Shown piece by piece: positions 18,951 through 19,570 of a stretch of 19,570 nt of DNA. The stretch covers positions 1 to 19,570 of the forward strand of contig JAZDMQ010000118.1 of assembly GCA_043800755.1 (NCBI GenBank). The letters are read 5' to 3'. Position 1 is the first letter of the stretch. Each line of letters begins with the position of its first letter. The notes under the pieces were generated by a model that searched no databases, was not told the DNA's origin, and saw only the letters and a list, made by a program, of their open reading frames with translations. The translations under genes and the position numbers were made by a program. The stretch is from a bacterium (GTDB lineage: Bacteria; Methylomirabilota; Methylomirabilia; CAVQYV01).

Positions 18951-18971
18951 TCTATCCCCCCCTCTATCCCC
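18948..18971. repeat. Tandem 12-mer CCCTCTATCCCC x2
   Basis: Copies at 18948-18959 and 18960-18971, starting in the right inverted repeat. Confidence 0.85.
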
Positions 18972-19297
18972 AGTTTGAACGTGCCTTGGGATCTTCCTCG
19001 TGCTTTCCTTACGAGCGCAGCATTTGTCGCATTGTCCTTGAATGTGGATATCCTTTGGGTAGTTCTGATAGGATCCGTAATCTCCGTGGCTGTCTTATAA
19101 TCAATTAATCCGGGTGTTGCAGGGATGCGAATTCTCTGCAAGCTTTCCGAGTATCTTTCTTCCGTCATCTTTCTGACTTGGTTTTTCAAGTCCCTATCAA
19201 ATCATTCTGCAGGTAATGGGCCAACTGGCGTTGCAAGGCTCCCGATTTCCCGGAGGCACCGCCTTTGGGTGGCTGGAATGGTTTCGGTCGATGACTA

Positions 19298-19326
19298 TTG
19301 ACAAGAAAGATTCTAAGGAGTAAATA
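19298..19326 (+). promoter_or_regulatory. Putative sigma70-type promoter (TTGACA-N17-TAAATA)
   Basis: TTGACAAGA at 19298 and GTAAATA at the same spacing as the 7176 and 8181 copies. Confidence 0.55.
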
Positions 19327-19329
19327 CCG

Positions 19330-19489
19330 AGCAAGATGGGGGCCAAATGAAGCAGCGTCCATTTGGTCACACGGACTCGCCTCCATTCCCAACGTACGTT
19401 GAGTTTTGTTTTCCCTTTCGGCAGGAGGCATAGAAGGTTGGCACCGGCCAGATCTTTCTTTTCCAGAGATCACGGTGCCTTTTATTTTT
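19330..19489 (+). ncRNA. Putative structured leader / small RNA ending in a terminator-like hairpin (copy B)
   Basis: GGCCAAATG/CATTTGGTC stem (19341-19368); GGCACCG(19440-19446)/CGGTGCC(19473-19479) hairpin + TTTTATTTTT; shares motifs and spacing with 8216-8370. Confidence 0.55.
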
Positions 19490-19522
19490 GAAGGCGGCAG
19501 AATTGGAAATGAGGAGGAAGCC

Positions 19523-19570
19523 ATGTGTAAATCAAGAATCCTGACCATAGCTGCCCTGATCTCTCTGGTC
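19523..19570 (+). CDS. Start of a probable secreted or membrane protein (runs off the window)
   Basis: Strong GAGGAGG RBS, then MCKSRILTIAALISLV: basic N-region plus hydrophobic stretch, signal-peptide-like. Confidence 0.65.
   Translation, partial: MCKSRILTIAALISLV

Noticed and set aside
19439..19455. Sigma54 site suggested by TGGCAC
   Set aside because: No TTGC -12 box at the required spacing; the sequence is the 5' arm of the conserved hairpin.
18854..19548. Minus-strand ORFs 18854-19189 and 19186-19548
   Set aside because: No recognisable motifs; they cross the inverted-repeat element and the plus-strand promoter/leader. A gene remnant at about 18972-19170 cannot be excluded.

Overview
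The window has three parts. (1) 1-5873: a GC-rich minus-strand operon of the radical SAM/'selenodomain' (arsenosugar-type ArsS) neighbourhood. In order it encodes a lipoprotein-like thiol peroxidase, a MerA/LpdA-like flavoprotein, a TVP38/VTT membrane protein, an ArsS-like radical SAM enzyme, a DUF3047 protein and the start of a sterol-desaturase-family gene. A divergent EamA transporter follows. (2) 5900-8400: a small accessory block with an HhH-glycosylase-like hypothetical protein, a GYD protein and an MNT-HEPN (type VII) toxin-antitoxin pair bracketed by a 40-bp promoter-bearing direct repeat. (3) 8461-18810: a complete type I-E CRISPR-Cas locus (cas3-cas8e-cas11-cas7-cas5-cas6e-cas1-cas2) with 33 repeats and 32 spacers; the last repeat is cut off by a 100-bp inverted-repeat element with tandemly duplicated flanks. 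The most unusual signal is an unannotated ~180-nt promoter + structured leader + bulged terminator element. It occurs twice, directly upstream of cas3 and upstream of a secreted-protein gene at the right edge, and looks like a conserved attenuator or sRNA. All family calls come from motif recognition by eye; no searches were run.
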